Source: Candidatus Poseidoniaceae archaeon (lineage in GTDB: Archaea; Thermoplasmatota; Poseidoniia; Poseidoniales; Poseidoniaceae). From it: a DNA stretch of 32,000 nucleotides. The stretch's first letter is position 1. Each line of letters starts with the position of its first letter. The stretch spans positions 210,001-242,000 of the forward strand of contig CALSTM010000002.1 in NCBI GenBank assembly GCA_943789275.1, read 5' to 3'. Position numbers and translations under genes: made by a program. Under the pieces are notes generated by a model. The model saw only the letters and a program-made list of their open reading frames with translations. It searched no databases and had not been told where the DNA came from. Below are positions 1 through 8,851 of this stretch, piece after piece.

Positions 1-430
1 GAGAACCGAGGGCTCCACCAACCACAAAGGATCGCTTAATGCCACCCCAGCCCTTTGGGCCACGCGGTGGGTGAAGTCTGAATACACGCTTCAAGTCGGG
101 AACTGCCTTGACCGTAGCATCACCATCAGAAATCGCCTTAGCGAAAGCAGTGATGTCAGCATAGTCTGTGTGTTCTGCAACAAGAGCATCTGTCAAAGGA
201 GCGTCGCCAACCATTCGGCCACGTTCCGAGAGCATCTTTTCGACCAGTTCTGGCGTAGCTTCTCCCCAAGTGATGTAATCCTTGGCCTTTTGAAGCATAC
301 CTCGATACTGAGCGTTCTCAGGAATAATCACTGCGTGATTGACCTTTGTTAGGTTCATGTGCAACATGGTTTCTTTGATACCACGTTCGACACCGACGTT
401 ACTTCGTGCTCGTACTACGATCCAACTCAT
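1..430 (-). CDS. rpl30: 50S ribosomal protein uL30 (partial; C-terminus lies beyond window start)
   Basis: Not in the ORF track because it has no stop in the window. Hand translation of the minus strand from ATG 430..428 gives MSWIVVRARSNVGVERGIKETMLHMNLTKVNHAVIIPENAQYRGMLQKAKDYITWGEATPELVEKML..., open to position 1. It occupies the expected slot after uS5 in the archaeal spc-type cluster. ATGA start/stop overlap with rps5. Confidence 0.85.
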   Translation of the reverse strand, partial: MSWIVVRARSNVGVERGIKETMLHMNLTKVNHAVIIPENAQYRGMLQKAKDYITWGEATPELVEKMLSERGRMVGDAPLTDALVAEHTDYADITAFAKAISDGDATVKAVPDLKRVFRLHPPRGPKGWGGIKRSFVVGGALGS

Positions 431-1191
431 TCTAGAATCCTCCCTTTATTGATAAACAAGCGCTCTTTTGATTCGTTTGAAACACGAGTTGTGTTCATGT
501 TCTGCAGAGCGTTGAATGTAGCACCAGCGTAATTGATGGTGGTGCGAGTTTGACCTTTGGTTCGTGAAAGAACGTCAGATACACCTGCAAGGTCGAGGAC
601 ACGCTTTCCGGTTTCGCCGATAACGAGTCCCTTACCCTTTGCAGCAGGCATCAATGTGACACGAGTTGAAGCGGCACGTCCGTGAGTCTTGAATGGAATC
701 GAAGTTCCAGGACCTGCAGACGATTCCCAAGAACCGTTACCACGTTGAACGGCGATGAGGTTGAGTTTAGCAGCGATAATTGCCTTGCGGATTGCTGCTG
801 CCACTTCCTTAGCCTTGGCCATACCGAGTCCGACGTATCCGTCCCGGTTGCCTACGCATGCCATGACATTGAAACGAACACGTCGTCCACTGTCGGTCAT
901 TCGTTGAACCATGTTGACCTTGATCACATCGTCTTCGAGGTTTGGAATCAATGCATCAACGATTTCAACTTCACGGATTGGAAGACCGGTCGCCAATGCT
1001 TGTTCGTAGGTAAGGACCTTACCGGCCATGACCATTTGACCCAATCGAGTCTTGGGGACCCACTTACGGAGTCCGGACATTGGGTCATCTTGCTTGCGAC
1101 GACGAGGTCGTCCGCCAGTATCCTCAGTTTCTTCAGGTGCAAGAGCTTGCATAAGCCCCGGTGCCATTTGTATGATTTCTTCTTCTGTCAT
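427..1191 (-). CDS. rps5: 30S ribosomal protein uS5
   Basis: 254-aa ORF. uS5 motifs: VNMVQRMTDSGRRVRFNVMACVGNRDGYVGLGMAKAKEVAAAIRKA and TRVTLMPAAKGKGLV. Operon position between uL18 and uL30. Confidence 0.95.
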   Translation of the reverse strand: MTEEEIIQMAPGLMQALAPEETEDTGGRPRRRKQDDPMSGLRKWVPKTRLGQMVMAGKVLTYEQALATGLPIREVEIVDALIPNLEDDVIKVNMVQRMTDSGRRVRFNVMACVGNRDGYVGLGMAKAKEVAAAIRKAIIAAKLNLIAVQRGNGSWESSAGPGTSIPFKTHGRAASTRVTLMPAAKGKGLVIGETGKRVLDLAGVSDVLSRTKGQTRTTINYAGATFNALQNMNTTRVSNESKERLFINKGRILE

Positions 1192-1700
1192 CAGTATGCC
1201 CCCTCGATTTTGGTTTTGGTTGATTCAACTGCAGCTGCCATGTCTCCGTTGATGTGAGCACCGTTGATACGGTCTTCATCCGGCAAGACATTTTCGCCGT
1301 GTGGAATTTCGAGTCCTGCGTCGACCATGCCCTTGAGAGCAGAGAAAACACGGTTCCCCGGTGTGCTAGCAGCCAATCCGATGTCAAGAACTGCTTCTTC
1401 AGCACCTTGTGCCAGAGCAGCCTTACCCATGGCGAATCCTACCAAGTAAGAAGCCGAAACGGATTTCTTTGAATAGTCTTCAGGCCAACCGAATTTCTTG
1501 GACAGGTCGGAGCCGGTCATGGAAACTGTAACGAGGTCACCGGATGCTGCCCAGGTCACAAGTTGGCAAGTTGTACGGGTGTTGGACACACGAACGACGG
1601 CACGAGGCTTGCGGCCAGTGAGAAGCTTGAGACGGCGACGGTAATCGGTCAAACCTGCCTTACGGCGACGGAAAATGGAGCGGCGGCGAGTTCCTCTCAT
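1191..1700 (-). CDS. rpl18: 50S ribosomal protein uL18
   Basis: ORF-track protein MMRGTRRRSIFRRRKAGLTDYRRRLKLL.... The first M is GTG at 1703. ATG at 1700 follows GGAGGTGA and overlaps the rpl19e stop (TGATG). uL18-like basic N-terminus and core. Confidence 0.95.
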   Translation of the reverse strand: MRGTRRRSIFRRRKAGLTDYRRRLKLLTGRKPRAVVRVSNTRTTCQLVTWAASGDLVTVSMTGSDLSKKFGWPEDYSKKSVSASYLVGFAMGKAALAQGAEEAVLDIGLAASTPGNRVFSALKGMVDAGLEIPHGENVLPDEDRINGAHINGDMAAAVESTKTKIEGAY

Positions 1701-2161
1701 CACTGCTCACCTCCTTTGAATTCGACGCCTTCCATGGTCATCTGAGAACGCATGTGGGCAATTGAACGGTATGAACCACCCTTTGCTTTGAGGTAGTATC
1801 GACGGTATTGAGAAGGTTCGATGGTTTCATCTTCACGAAGTTCCTTGAGAACACGTCGTTGTGAACGGATAGTTCGCATCCATCGGTTCTTACGAGGGTT
1901 TCGAGCGTTGGCTGTACCGGCTCTCTTACCTTGTCCCTTTCGTCGTCCCTTGCGCTTCTGCTCAAGACGAGCACGAGCACGGACTCTGGAAGTCCCCTTG
2001 ATTGGCTTTGCCTTAATCCATCCTTCTTCGATGAATTCACGAATATCATCGGTTTGAACTGCAGATGAGATTTGGTCAAGGTATGCTGGATTAATCCAAA
2101 CACGGTGAACACCGCACTTGAGTAACTTAGCTGCTAGGCGCTTTTGATTCGTAATTTGCAT
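1700..2161 (-). CDS. rpl19e: 50S ribosomal protein eL19
   Basis: MQITNQKRLAAKLLKCGVHRVWINP..., a typical eL19 N-terminus. The track start at 2164 is TTG. ATG at 2161 follows GGAGGG and overlaps the rpl32e stop by 1 nt. Confidence 0.95.
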   Translation of the reverse strand: MQITNQKRLAAKLLKCGVHRVWINPAYLDQISSAVQTDDIREFIEEGWIKAKPIKGTSRVRARARLEQKRKGRRKGQGKRAGTANARNPRKNRWMRTIRSQRRVLKELREDETIEPSQYRRYYLKAKGGSYRSIAHMRSQMTMEGVEFKGGEQ

Positions 2162-2775
2162 CAAATATCCCTCCTTCGGTTGAGGACACGAATACCGAGT
2201 TCATCGGCACGTGAGTAGATTTGTTCTCGCTTTCGTCCACCAACACTTCGACCAACGCGTGCAGCTTCAGTTTCAGGGTCAATGGTTTCGAGATCGAGTG
2301 TGTTCTGCACCATGATTTCACGGAATCCAGATGGGTGCAGTCCACGAGCAGCGGCGACTTTTCCGTGACCAACACGGACAAGTGCACTGCGGTATTTGTA
2401 ATTGCGTCGTTGTTTGCTGTCCATACCGTGAGGCGCTCTCCAGCCTGAGCGAGAAAGACGCTTGTATCGGAACCATTCAGTACGACGGAACGATGGAGTC
2501 TTCTTCTTTTGCTCAGATCGCAGTGAGAGAGCGGCTTTAGTATCATCATCAAGAACTGGTTTTTGCTTTGCGACGTGCCCTTCAGCAACATCGTCATCCC
2601 AATCACCATCATCGTCCCAATCCTCGTCGGAATCGTTCGATGCGGCCTCTTCGCTGCCGTTGGCTTCTACCAAACGGGCGATGAGGTCTGATTTCTTACC
2701 GGAGACCGGTAGGTCAGCAGCCTTGAGAAGCTCTTTGAGTTCTGCAACAGTCATTTTTTCGTAATCTTCTGCCAT
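2161..2775 (-). CDS. rpl32e: 50S ribosomal protein eL32 with N-terminal SAP-like motif and acidic Trp/Asp linker
   Basis: C-terminal ~115 aa (KKTPSFRRTEWFRYKRLSRSGWRAPHGMDSKQRR...GFREIMV...) is eL32-like. The N-terminal ~70 aa is an extension (see findings). AGGAGTGA SD precedes ATG 2775. Confidence 0.9.
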   Translation of the reverse strand: MAEDYEKMTVAELKELLKAADLPVSGKKSDLIARLVEANGSEEAASNDSDEDWDDDGDWDDDVAEGHVAKQKPVLDDDTKAALSLRSEQKKKTPSFRRTEWFRYKRLSRSGWRAPHGMDSKQRRNYKYRSALVRVGHGKVAAARGLHPSGFREIMVQNTLDLETIDPETEAARVGRSVGGRKREQIYSRADELGIRVLNRRRDI

Positions 2776-2780
2776 TCATA

Positions 2781-3323
2781 TCACTCCTTGTTGATGAGGT
2801 ATATTCCATCTTGGAACACACGGCGGTCACGGTTTTTGACCGTGGCGCACTTTTCGATGTTTGCTGCTGTTTGTCCAACAAGTTCCTTATCGATGCCAGA
2901 GACAACGACTTCGACCTTATTGTTGACCTTCACTTCAACACCAGAGAGAATGTCTGCGTTTCGAGGAACGCGTTCTCCGAAGTAGTTGTTGACAACGAAA
3001 ATATCGCCCTTCACAGACAAAGTCATTGGGAAGTGAGAGTAGAAGGCTTTCAGGTTGTATGTGAAACCGTCGGTTACACCCTTCACCATGTTGTTGAGGT
3101 GGGCGTTCCAAGTTCCAGCCAGAGCACGTTGCTTTCGGCGAGGCATGTCCACACGAACGGTCAATCCGCTACCATCTTGAAGCAGACTGATGAACGTACT
3201 CTTGAATTCACGAGAGAGAGAGCCTTTCGGTCCCTGGATAGTTACGACGCCATCTTCGCTGATCGATGCAGTAACGCCTTCAGGGATGGTCACGATGTGT
3301 TCGATTCTGTCGAGTTTTACCAT
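2781..3323 (-). CDS. rpl6: 50S ribosomal protein uL6
   Basis: Track ORF 2781..3383 overlaps rps8. The internal ATG at 3323 (MVKLDRIEHIVTIPEGVTASI...) is preceded by GAGGTGA and lies just after the rps8 stop (3334). Two-domain uL6-like sequence. Confidence 0.93.
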   Translation of the reverse strand: MVKLDRIEHIVTIPEGVTASISEDGVVTIQGPKGSLSREFKSTFISLLQDGSGLTVRVDMPRRKQRALAGTWNAHLNNMVKGVTDGFTYNLKAFYSHFPMTLSVKGDIFVVNNYFGERVPRNADILSGVEVKVNNKVEVVVSGIDKELVGQTAANIEKCATVKNRDRRVFQDGIYLINKE

Positions 3324-3333
3324 ATTATTCACC

Positions 3334-3723
3334 TCAATATACGTAAGCCAGTAGCTTACCACCAATACGGGCATCTTTCGCATCGTAGTGATGCATGATG
3401 CCGGAGTTCGTTGTTAGAATCAAGAGACCAAAGTCTTGAGCAGGCAAATAGCGAGTCTCCCATTGGTCGTATTCTTGACGTCGAATGCTGTGCCGTGGCT
3501 TCACTGTACCACAACGGTTGATTGCGCCGCGTAGTTCGACCAAGTAGGTACCGCCACGGCCGTTTTCAGTTCGGTCGATCGAGCCTACATAGCCAGATTT
3601 TTGCATAATTTCAAGGACGTTACCAAGCAGCTTGGAAGCCGGTGAAAGTTCGACATTGAACTTACCTGCTTGCTCTGCATTGTACATCTTGATGAGTGCG
3701 TCGTTGAGTGGATCAAATTGCAT
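3334..3723 (-). CDS. rps8: 30S ribosomal protein uS8
   Basis: MQFDPLNDALIKMYNAEQAGK...GGKLLAYVY, with classic uS8 termini. GGAGGAG SD upstream. Confidence 0.95.
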   Translation of the reverse strand: MQFDPLNDALIKMYNAEQAGKFNVELSPASKLLGNVLEIMQKSGYVGSIDRTENGRGGTYLVELRGAINRCGTVKPRHSIRRQEYDQWETRYLPAQDFGLLILTTNSGIMHHYDAKDARIGGKLLAYVY

Positions 3724-3736
3724 ATCTTTCTCCTCC

Positions 3737-3889
3737 TTAGTTCATTTTCTTGAAGCCTATTTCCGGAGCGATGTCGCGGAAACATTGTCGACAAACACGC
3801 AATCCGTGTCGTCGAATCATTCCACGTCGTCGCCCACAGCGTCGGCAGCCATTGGTTCGTCCAATTCTTTCTCCGTGATCTCTTGCCAT
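3737..3889 (-). CDS. rps14: 30S ribosomal protein uS14 (zinc-ribbon type, 50 aa)
   Basis: Too short for the ORF track. Hand translation of the minus strand: [50 protein letters not shown]. CxxC...CxxC zinc form. It fills the gap between rpl5 (stop 3892) and rps8 exactly. Confidence 0.9.
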   Translation of the reverse strand: MARDHGERIGRTNGCRRCGRRRGMIRRHGLRVCRQCFRDIAPEIGFKKMN

Positions 3890-3891
3890 TT

Positions 3892-4419
3892 TCATTCCTC
3901 CATGATGGTGATGCCGAAGTTCTCTGTGAACCAGGCTCGTGACTCTTCTGGGTTTAATCTGTGGCCCATTCCGACCTTGCCTTTCGCACGGCGGCGGCGG
4001 CTAACTCGGTGACCTGGTCGTTCGAGAACGACGGTGATGTCCATTCCAAAAATTCCGATGTCAGGGTCGTATTTTTGACCTGGGAAATCTGTGTAATCGC
4101 GAACACCGAACGAAAGGTTACCCTCTCGGTCAAAGTTCCATGCTGGAATCATGTTCTCACGAACCCAGAAAGCATCGGTCAAGAACTTCTTGATGACTTC
4201 TTGATTTCGCATGGTTGCTTTGCAACCAATTGGAGCACCTTGGCGAACCTTCAGGTCTCGGTTTTGAATGCGACCAAGGGTACGTTGCGGCTTGACACCG
4301 GTAACGAGTTGCAAAACATTTTCTGCATTGACAAGGCGTTCTCCACCTTCGCCAACACCGATGTTAACACTCACTTTGGTGATGCGAGGCATGAACATTG
4401 GATTTGCTGCGTCACTCAT
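3892..4419 (-). CDS. rpl5: 50S ribosomal protein uL5
   Basis: 175-aa ORF with [19 protein letters not shown] and [20 protein letters not shown] motifs. ATGA overlap with the rps4e stop. Confidence 0.95.
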   Translation of the reverse strand: MSDAANPMFMPRITKVSVNIGVGEGGERLVNAENVLQLVTGVKPQRTLGRIQNRDLKVRQGAPIGCKATMRNQEVIKKFLTDAFWVRENMIPAWNFDREGNLSFGVRDYTDFPGQKYDPDIGIFGMDITVVLERPGHRVSRRRRAKGKVGMGHRLNPEESRAWFTENFGITIMEE

Positions 4420-5117
4420 TCAACCACCTCAGTGTGGGGGAGAGTTGAGTCGCCAACAGCGAATACATTGGATGCGATTGTACCAAAATCTTCGAAGAGA
4501 ACTTCGTTTGGCATACTGGAGCGCTTGATTTCTGAAGACTTCATGTTAGCAAATCCGCCAACGTGGGCACCACCGATAAGGTAGCAGCGGACGCCATCGA
4601 CGAACTTGATATGTTCAACAATCTCTTGACTCGGAAGTGCGATTTTCAGAGAACTGCCCGTCGAATATTCAGATGCGTCATCAACAATGATGTTTCGTCC
4701 ATCGTGAAGATTGAGTTGTGTCTTGCCACCCTTGATCGTGTTCTTTCCTTCAATACGGCAAACCTTCCATGCTGCTTCTTCAGCAGAAATGGTTCTGTAC
4801 CGTAGGCGACCGTTGTGGTCAAGGACACATCGGTAGTGGGAATCTCCGAGGGTAAGGACGTCCATGAGGCCAACGCCACGGCGAACGTCTTTGCAAACTC
4901 GACCATCAACCAACGCATGACCGTTGTGCAAGATGTGACGAACTTCACGGGTTGAACGTGCGTATCCAAGAACATCTCGAATAACGAGGCTAATCGGCAT
5001 GCACAACTCAAGAGAATGTGCGCCTGGTGTTGGGCGAGTCACCCAGATGCTGGTCTTACGAGGGAGAGGCCAGCTACGTGGCATAGCCAATCTCTTCAAG
5101 TGGTTACTGCTTCCCAT
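4416..5117 (-). CDS. rps4e: 30S ribosomal protein eS4
   Basis: The track start at 5126 is TTG. ATG at 5117 gives MGSSNHLKRLAMPRSWPLPRK, the canonical eS4 N-terminus. AGGAG upstream. Confidence 0.95.
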   Translation of the reverse strand: MGSSNHLKRLAMPRSWPLPRKTSIWVTRPTPGAHSLELCMPISLVIRDVLGYARSTREVRHILHNGHALVDGRVCKDVRRGVGLMDVLTLGDSHYRCVLDHNGRLRYRTISAEEAAWKVCRIEGKNTIKGGKTQLNLHDGRNIIVDDASEYSTGSSLKIALPSQEIVEHIKFVDGVRCYLIGGAHVGGFANMKSSEIKRSSMPNEVLFEDFGTIASNVFAVGDSTLPHTEVVE

Positions 5118-5122
5118 ATTTT

Positions 5123-5530
5123 TCAACTCCTGTTACCGGTTAGTTGCTGAACACGCAACTTGTCCGTTTCGTCAAGTTTGACGACAACGACATTGGAAGA
5201 ATGGACCGGGACCGCTTCTTCTTTGTTGTCGGCCTTGCTGGCCTTGGCACCTTCGATGTAAAGGCGACCCTTTTCTGAATCAATTCGAATGACTGGACCC
5301 GTCAATGGGTCGTTACCACGCTTTCCACCGTGCCGCTTTCCACCGTTGGAAAGGTCGCCACGCATGACACGAACTGTGTCACCGACACGAACAGTGACCG
5401 TACGGACACCATCGAATCGGGAATCTGGCTTGTCGAGTTGGAGTCGGGCAGAAATTCGCTTTCGCTTCTCGTGAAGAGGAGCGTTGAAATGTGCCTTTCG
5501 TTGCTTGGTTGGTTTCATACTTTTTACCAT
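5123..5530 (-). CDS. rpl24: 50S ribosomal protein uL24
   Basis: KQRKAHFNAPLHEKRKRISA...VRVGDTVRVMRGD (KOW motif). It carries a Gly/Lys-rich insert (SNGGKRHGGKRGNDPLTG) after the KOW motif. GAGGTGAG SD. Confidence 0.9.
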   Translation of the reverse strand: MVKSMKPTKQRKAHFNAPLHEKRKRISARLQLDKPDSRFDGVRTVTVRVGDTVRVMRGDLSNGGKRHGGKRGNDPLTGPVIRIDSEKGRLYIEGAKASKADNKEEAVPVHSSNVVVVKLDETDKLRVQQLTGNRS

Positions 5531-5539
5531 ATTCTCACC

Positions 5540-5938
5540 TCAAATAATTTGTTTTGCATTGGCTGCAATACGTGGCCAGCGTTCAGCTGCTTCACGAGAT
5601 ACTGGTCCTTTGATATCCGATCCTTGAACATCGCCCTTTTCATTCGTGATGACGCAAGCATTGTCTTCGAATTGAACCCAGGTTCCATCGACTCGGCGGA
5701 AAGGTCGGCGTTGTCGGATGATGACTGCGTTGAACATTTGTCGTCGAGTTTCAGGAGTTCCCTTCTTGACCGAGACCTTAGCAAGGTCACCAACGCCACC
5801 AGCAGGGTAACGTCGAATGGTGTTTCCGAGTTTGAGAATGTTGATGATTTGAACAACCTTTGCACCGGTGTTGTCAGCGACGTGAAGACGTGCTGCGGTT
5901 GGCAGACCACGGGTTTGCTTACCTGCAATTCCACGCAT
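5540..5938 (-). CDS. rpl14: 50S ribosomal protein uL14
   Basis: MRGIAGKQTRGLPTAARLHVADNTGAK.... The track start at 5941 is TTG. ATG 5938 overlaps the rps17 stop (TGATG) and follows GGAGGTGA. Confidence 0.95.
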   Translation of the reverse strand: MRGIAGKQTRGLPTAARLHVADNTGAKVVQIINILKLGNTIRRYPAGGVGDLAKVSVKKGTPETRRQMFNAVIIRQRRPFRRVDGTWVQFEDNACVITNEKGDVQGSDIKGPVSREAAERWPRIAANAKQII

Positions 5939-6273
5939 CAAGCTTCACCTCCAGTGTGTTCAATGACGCAAAACGAGATGGTCTTAGAAAGTGGGCGGCA
6001 TTCCATGATTTTCACAGAGTCGCCAACACTGACTTCGCCGATGCATGCCGGCAAGTGTGCAGACACAGCGCTGGTACGCTTTTCGAATCGTTCGTACTTT
6101 TCCATGTAACGAACATTATGGCGTTCGATGGTGATTGTCTTTTGCATGCCAACACCTGAAACTGTACCTTCAAGCACCTGTCCGCGCAAGCGCAGTGAAC
6201 CGTAAAACGGGCAGTTTGCATCTCCGTCCCACTCAGCGGTGGGGTTTTTTACATCAATTCCAATGTCTCGCAT
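5938..6273 (-). CDS. rps17: 30S ribosomal protein uS17
   Basis: 111-aa ORF. GTVSGVGMQKTITIERHNVRYMEKYERFEKRTSAVSAH...GDSVKIMECRPLSKT is uS17-like. Operon position. Confidence 0.9.
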   Translation of the reverse strand: MRDIGIDVKNPTAEWDGDANCPFYGSLRLRGQVLEGTVSGVGMQKTITIERHNVRYMEKYERFEKRTSAVSAHLPACIGEVSVGDSVKIMECRPLSKTISFCVIEHTGGEA

Positions 6274-6277
6274 GGTA

Positions 6278-6535
6278 TCAGGCCTTCCTGTATTTTCGGT
6301 GAGTTCTGTCTTCTGGGCGCTGACTCACCAATGCGCCTTGAATGATGACATCACTGTCATCAATGGTGAATGTGATTGCGGCCTTGCCAAAGGTAACTGA
6401 ATGGTCACCTTCAAGCAAAACCAATGTGTTCTTGGTTTCGTCAATGACTTGTCCGGAGCGTCCGACCAGTGTGGGGTCGTTCGAGGATACAACGTTCAAT
6501 GTCGTACCAATCCATGTTGAGTTATACATATCCAT
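6278..6535 (-). CDS. rnp1: RNase P protein component 1 (Rpp29/Pop4 family)
   Basis: ATG at 6535 follows GGAGGTG; the track start at 6613 would overlap the sui1 gene. WIGTTLNVVSSNDPTLVGRSGQVIDETKNTLVLL...RPEDR matches the archaeal Rpp29 pattern. It sits in the conserved slot between L29/SUI1 and S17. Confidence 0.85.
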   Translation of the reverse strand: MDMYNSTWIGTTLNVVSSNDPTLVGRSGQVIDETKNTLVLLEGDHSVTFGKAAITFTIDDSDVIIQGALVSQRPEDRTHRKYRKA

Positions 6536-6536
6536 A

Positions 6537-6836
6537 TTATCGCACCTCCACATTGAATCCGTTGTTTTTGAGTACACCTGCTGCTTTCTTTTTGTGATCG
6601 CCTTGAAGTTCAATTGTTCGTCCTTTCACTGTTCCGCCTGCAGCACATTTGTTCTTGAGTAATTTTGCGAGTTGATTAATGTCGATTGCTGAGTCATCTA
6701 TTCCTTCTACCTTGGTTACGATTTTTCCATAGCGTCGTCGGTCGGTTGATATGATGGCTCGTTGTTGTTCTTTGGCTATTTCTTGGCAAATGCAGAGTTC
6801 ATCTGGGAGTCCACAAATGTTACAGATAGCCGCCAT
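6537..6836 (-). CDS. sui1: translation initiation factor aSUI1/aIF1
   Basis: MAAICNICGLPDELCICQEIAKEQQ...VTKVEGID...LAKLLKNKCAAGGTVKGRTIELQGDH: Cys knuckle plus SUI1 core. AGGAG SD. Confidence 0.88.
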   Translation of the reverse strand: MAAICNICGLPDELCICQEIAKEQQRAIISTDRRRYGKIVTKVEGIDDSAIDINQLAKLLKNKCAAGGTVKGRTIELQGDHKKKAAGVLKNNGFNVEVR

Positions 6837-6858
6837 TGTTTTCTTCTCCTTGTGGGTT

Positions 6859-7053
6859 TCACTTTGTGTTCAAATGGGTTTTGAGTCGAGCGATACTTCG
6901 GCGAGTTGCCTTGTATGCTCCGATGTTCGAAGGGGTGCCACCAAGTGCTTTCTCAGCACGAAGTTGAAGCAATTCCTCTTGCAATTCGAGAAGTCGAGAT
7001 TCTCGAGCATCTTGGCTCATTGAAGCAATTTCACGGTTTGAAACGTAGCTCAT
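6859..7053 (-). CDS. rpl29: 50S ribosomal protein uL29
   Basis: 64 aa. SRLLELQEELLQLRAEKALGG...YKATRRSIARLKT is uL29-like. ATGA overlap with the rps3 stop. Confidence 0.9.
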   Translation of the reverse strand: MSYVSNREIASMSQDARESRLLELQEELLQLRAEKALGGTPSNIGAYKATRRSIARLKTHLNTK

Positions 7054-7727
7054 TCGCTCGCCTCCGCTTTTTCTGCTTCAGCAGCAGCCTGCTCTTCACG
7101 AATACGGAGTTCTTCTTCAGAGAAGATACTGATTTCGTGAGGTAGACGGGTTCCTGGTCGCATGATTTCGACGGTCACACCAATTGTTCCGAGTTTCTTA
7201 ACAGCAACTGCGTATCCCTTGTCCATGTGTTGTAGAGCAGTTTCACCGCAATACTTCACGTGACCAAGAATGAACTTCTGGGTTCGGTTTCGAGATCCAG
7301 TCAGTTTACCTGCAACGGTAACGATGACACCACGAGCGCCGGATTCCATGATGTTCTGAGCAGCACTTGCTCCAGCACGTCGGTAGTACCAGCCACGCTC
7401 AAGAGCGGATGAGATTTTCTCAGCCATAACTTGAGCGTTGAGTGTAGCAGCTTTGCGGTCGATTTCTTCGACTTTGAGCTTCGGGTTTTCGATTGCGAAT
7501 TCCTCATCAAGTCTCTTTTGGAGTTCATTGATGATTTTTCCTTTTCGGCCAATGACCATACCAGGACGTTCTGCGTGAACGGTGACTTCGGTTCCTTGTG
7601 GAGTTCGTCGAATCACGAGGTCACCAAAACCGGAGTTTTTGGTGTTCTTCATCAAGAATTCCTTGACGAGAAGTCGTTCAACGTTGCGGTTTACGATGGT
7701 TCGTAGAGTACTTTGTTTACCAGCCAT
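7050..7727 (-). CDS. rps3: 30S ribosomal protein uS3
   Basis: KH-domain sequence (VTVHAERPGMVIGRKGKIINEL). The track start at 7733 is TTG. ATG 7727 (MAGKQSTL...) follows GAGGTGA. Confidence 0.95.
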   Translation of the reverse strand: MAGKQSTLRTIVNRNVERLLVKEFLMKNTKNSGFGDLVIRRTPQGTEVTVHAERPGMVIGRKGKIINELQKRLDEEFAIENPKLKVEEIDRKAATLNAQVMAEKISSALERGWYYRRAGASAAQNIMESGARGVIVTVAGKLTGSRNRTQKFILGHVKYCGETALQHMDKGYAVAVKKLGTIGVTVEIMRPGTRLPHEISIFSEEELRIREEQAAAEAEKAEASE

Positions 7728-7738
7728 AATCAATCACC

Positions 7739-8332
7739 TCAGAAGTCGTCCTCCAACTCGTCCTCTTGAACACTAAAGTCTTCAAGGAATATTTCGAGAT
7801 TCACTTGGTAGTGGTTCGAAGGGGTTGCTCGGCCGCGAGCACGAGGAATGAATCCTTTACGGATTTGTCCACGGTGTGCAGCGATGTGTGTAATTTCCAT
7901 TTCTTCAGGGTCGACATCTTCGTATTGGTGCCGTGCATTTTCCATTGCGCTCTCAATCAACTTGATGATTGCGCGGGAACCCTTGACAGGATAGCGACCT
8001 GGGCCAATTTTCCCTTTGCGGTGACCGACCATCGATGGACCGCTGCGTCGCTTCTTTTTGTTGCCGCTTCCGAGACGGAAGGGGACTGCTGCTGCTTTGC
8101 GGCGGATATCTGCTCGGTTTGAATCAATCTTGAGAACTTCGTTAAGGAAAGCAATAGCTTCTCCTGCCTTCATGTTCTTGACGTATCGGCAGATTTCGAA
8201 ACAATGCTTCACGTGCATGTCCATGTTGACTGCACGAGCAGTAGCCAATCGGCTGCCCTGAAGTAATTGTGTGTAACCCTTTTGTGGGTTTTGACGGCGC
8301 TTTGAACGGCGATCTAATTGTGTCTTTACCAT
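7739..8332 (-). CDS. rpl22: 50S ribosomal protein uL22
   Basis: 197 aa. ARAVNMDMHVKHCFEICRYVKNMKAGEAIAFLNEV and HIAAHRGQIRKGFIPRARGRATP are uL22-like. It has a basic internal loop and an acidic C-terminal tail (EDELEDDF). Confidence 0.9.
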   Translation of the reverse strand: MVKTQLDRRSKRRQNPQKGYTQLLQGSRLATARAVNMDMHVKHCFEICRYVKNMKAGEAIAFLNEVLKIDSNRADIRRKAAAVPFRLGSGNKKKRRSGPSMVGHRKGKIGPGRYPVKGSRAIIKLIESAMENARHQYEDVDPEEMEITHIAAHRGQIRKGFIPRARGRATPSNHYQVNLEIFLEDFSVQEDELEDDF

Positions 8333-8342
8333 ACATCACACC

Positions 8343-8840
8343 TCACTTGAGAGCCACGTGCTTCGACGAACGTGTTGCACCGACACCAGGGCCGCTGTGA
8401 GCGACTCCTCTTCGGGTAATAGCGAATTCACCAAGGTAATGACCAATCATTTCCGGCTTGATATCGACTGGGACAAAGTTTTGTCCGCTGTAGACCGAGA
8501 TGGTCTTACCGACGAATTCTGGAAGGATTGGCATATCTCTGCGGTGCGTACGAACGGTCTTGCCGTTGGAACGTCGAACACGGTGAAGGAAATGTTCGTT
8601 CTCTTCTGAGAAACCTCGGACCATCGAGCGGCGTGCTCGAGCAGAGAGAATTGTAGCAATACATTCTGCGCCTGGGTTATCTTCAGGTGGGAAGAGAGGC
8701 ATATTGGACAACTCTTCAACAGAGTATCCACGGTACGTGAATTCTTTCTTCACTCGGCCAGTGGTTGTCGAAAGGCGCTTACGTGCCTTACGTCGGCTGG
8801 CTTTCGGGGTCATAAAGGACTTCTTCTTCTTACGTGCCAT
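8343..8840 (-). CDS. rps19: 30S ribosomal protein uS19
   Basis: FTYRGYSVEEL...VRTHRRDMPILPEFVGKTISVYSGQNFVPVDIKPEMIGHYLGEFAITR, the archaeal/eukaryotic uS19 pattern. GAGGTGA SD. Confidence 0.95.
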   Translation of the reverse strand: MARKKKKSFMTPKASRRKARKRLSTTTGRVKKEFTYRGYSVEELSNMPLFPPEDNPGAECIATILSARARRSMVRGFSEENEHFLHRVRRSNGKTVRTHRRDMPILPEFVGKTISVYSGQNFVPVDIKPEMIGHYLGEFAITRRGVAHSGPGVGATRSSKHVALK

Positions 8841-8851
8841 ACATCATCACC

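Noticed and set aside
71-352. 93-aa plus-strand ORF at the window start
   Set aside because: It lies entirely antisense to the uL30 reading frame, which has clear ribosomal-protein sequence and operon context. The ORF has no SD and no recognisable sequence.
3585-3794. 69-aa minus-strand ORF spanning the rps8/rps14 junction
   Set aside because: It overlaps the uS8 N-terminus out of frame. The real gene in the 3737..3889 gap is the 50-aa zinc-type uS14 in another frame.
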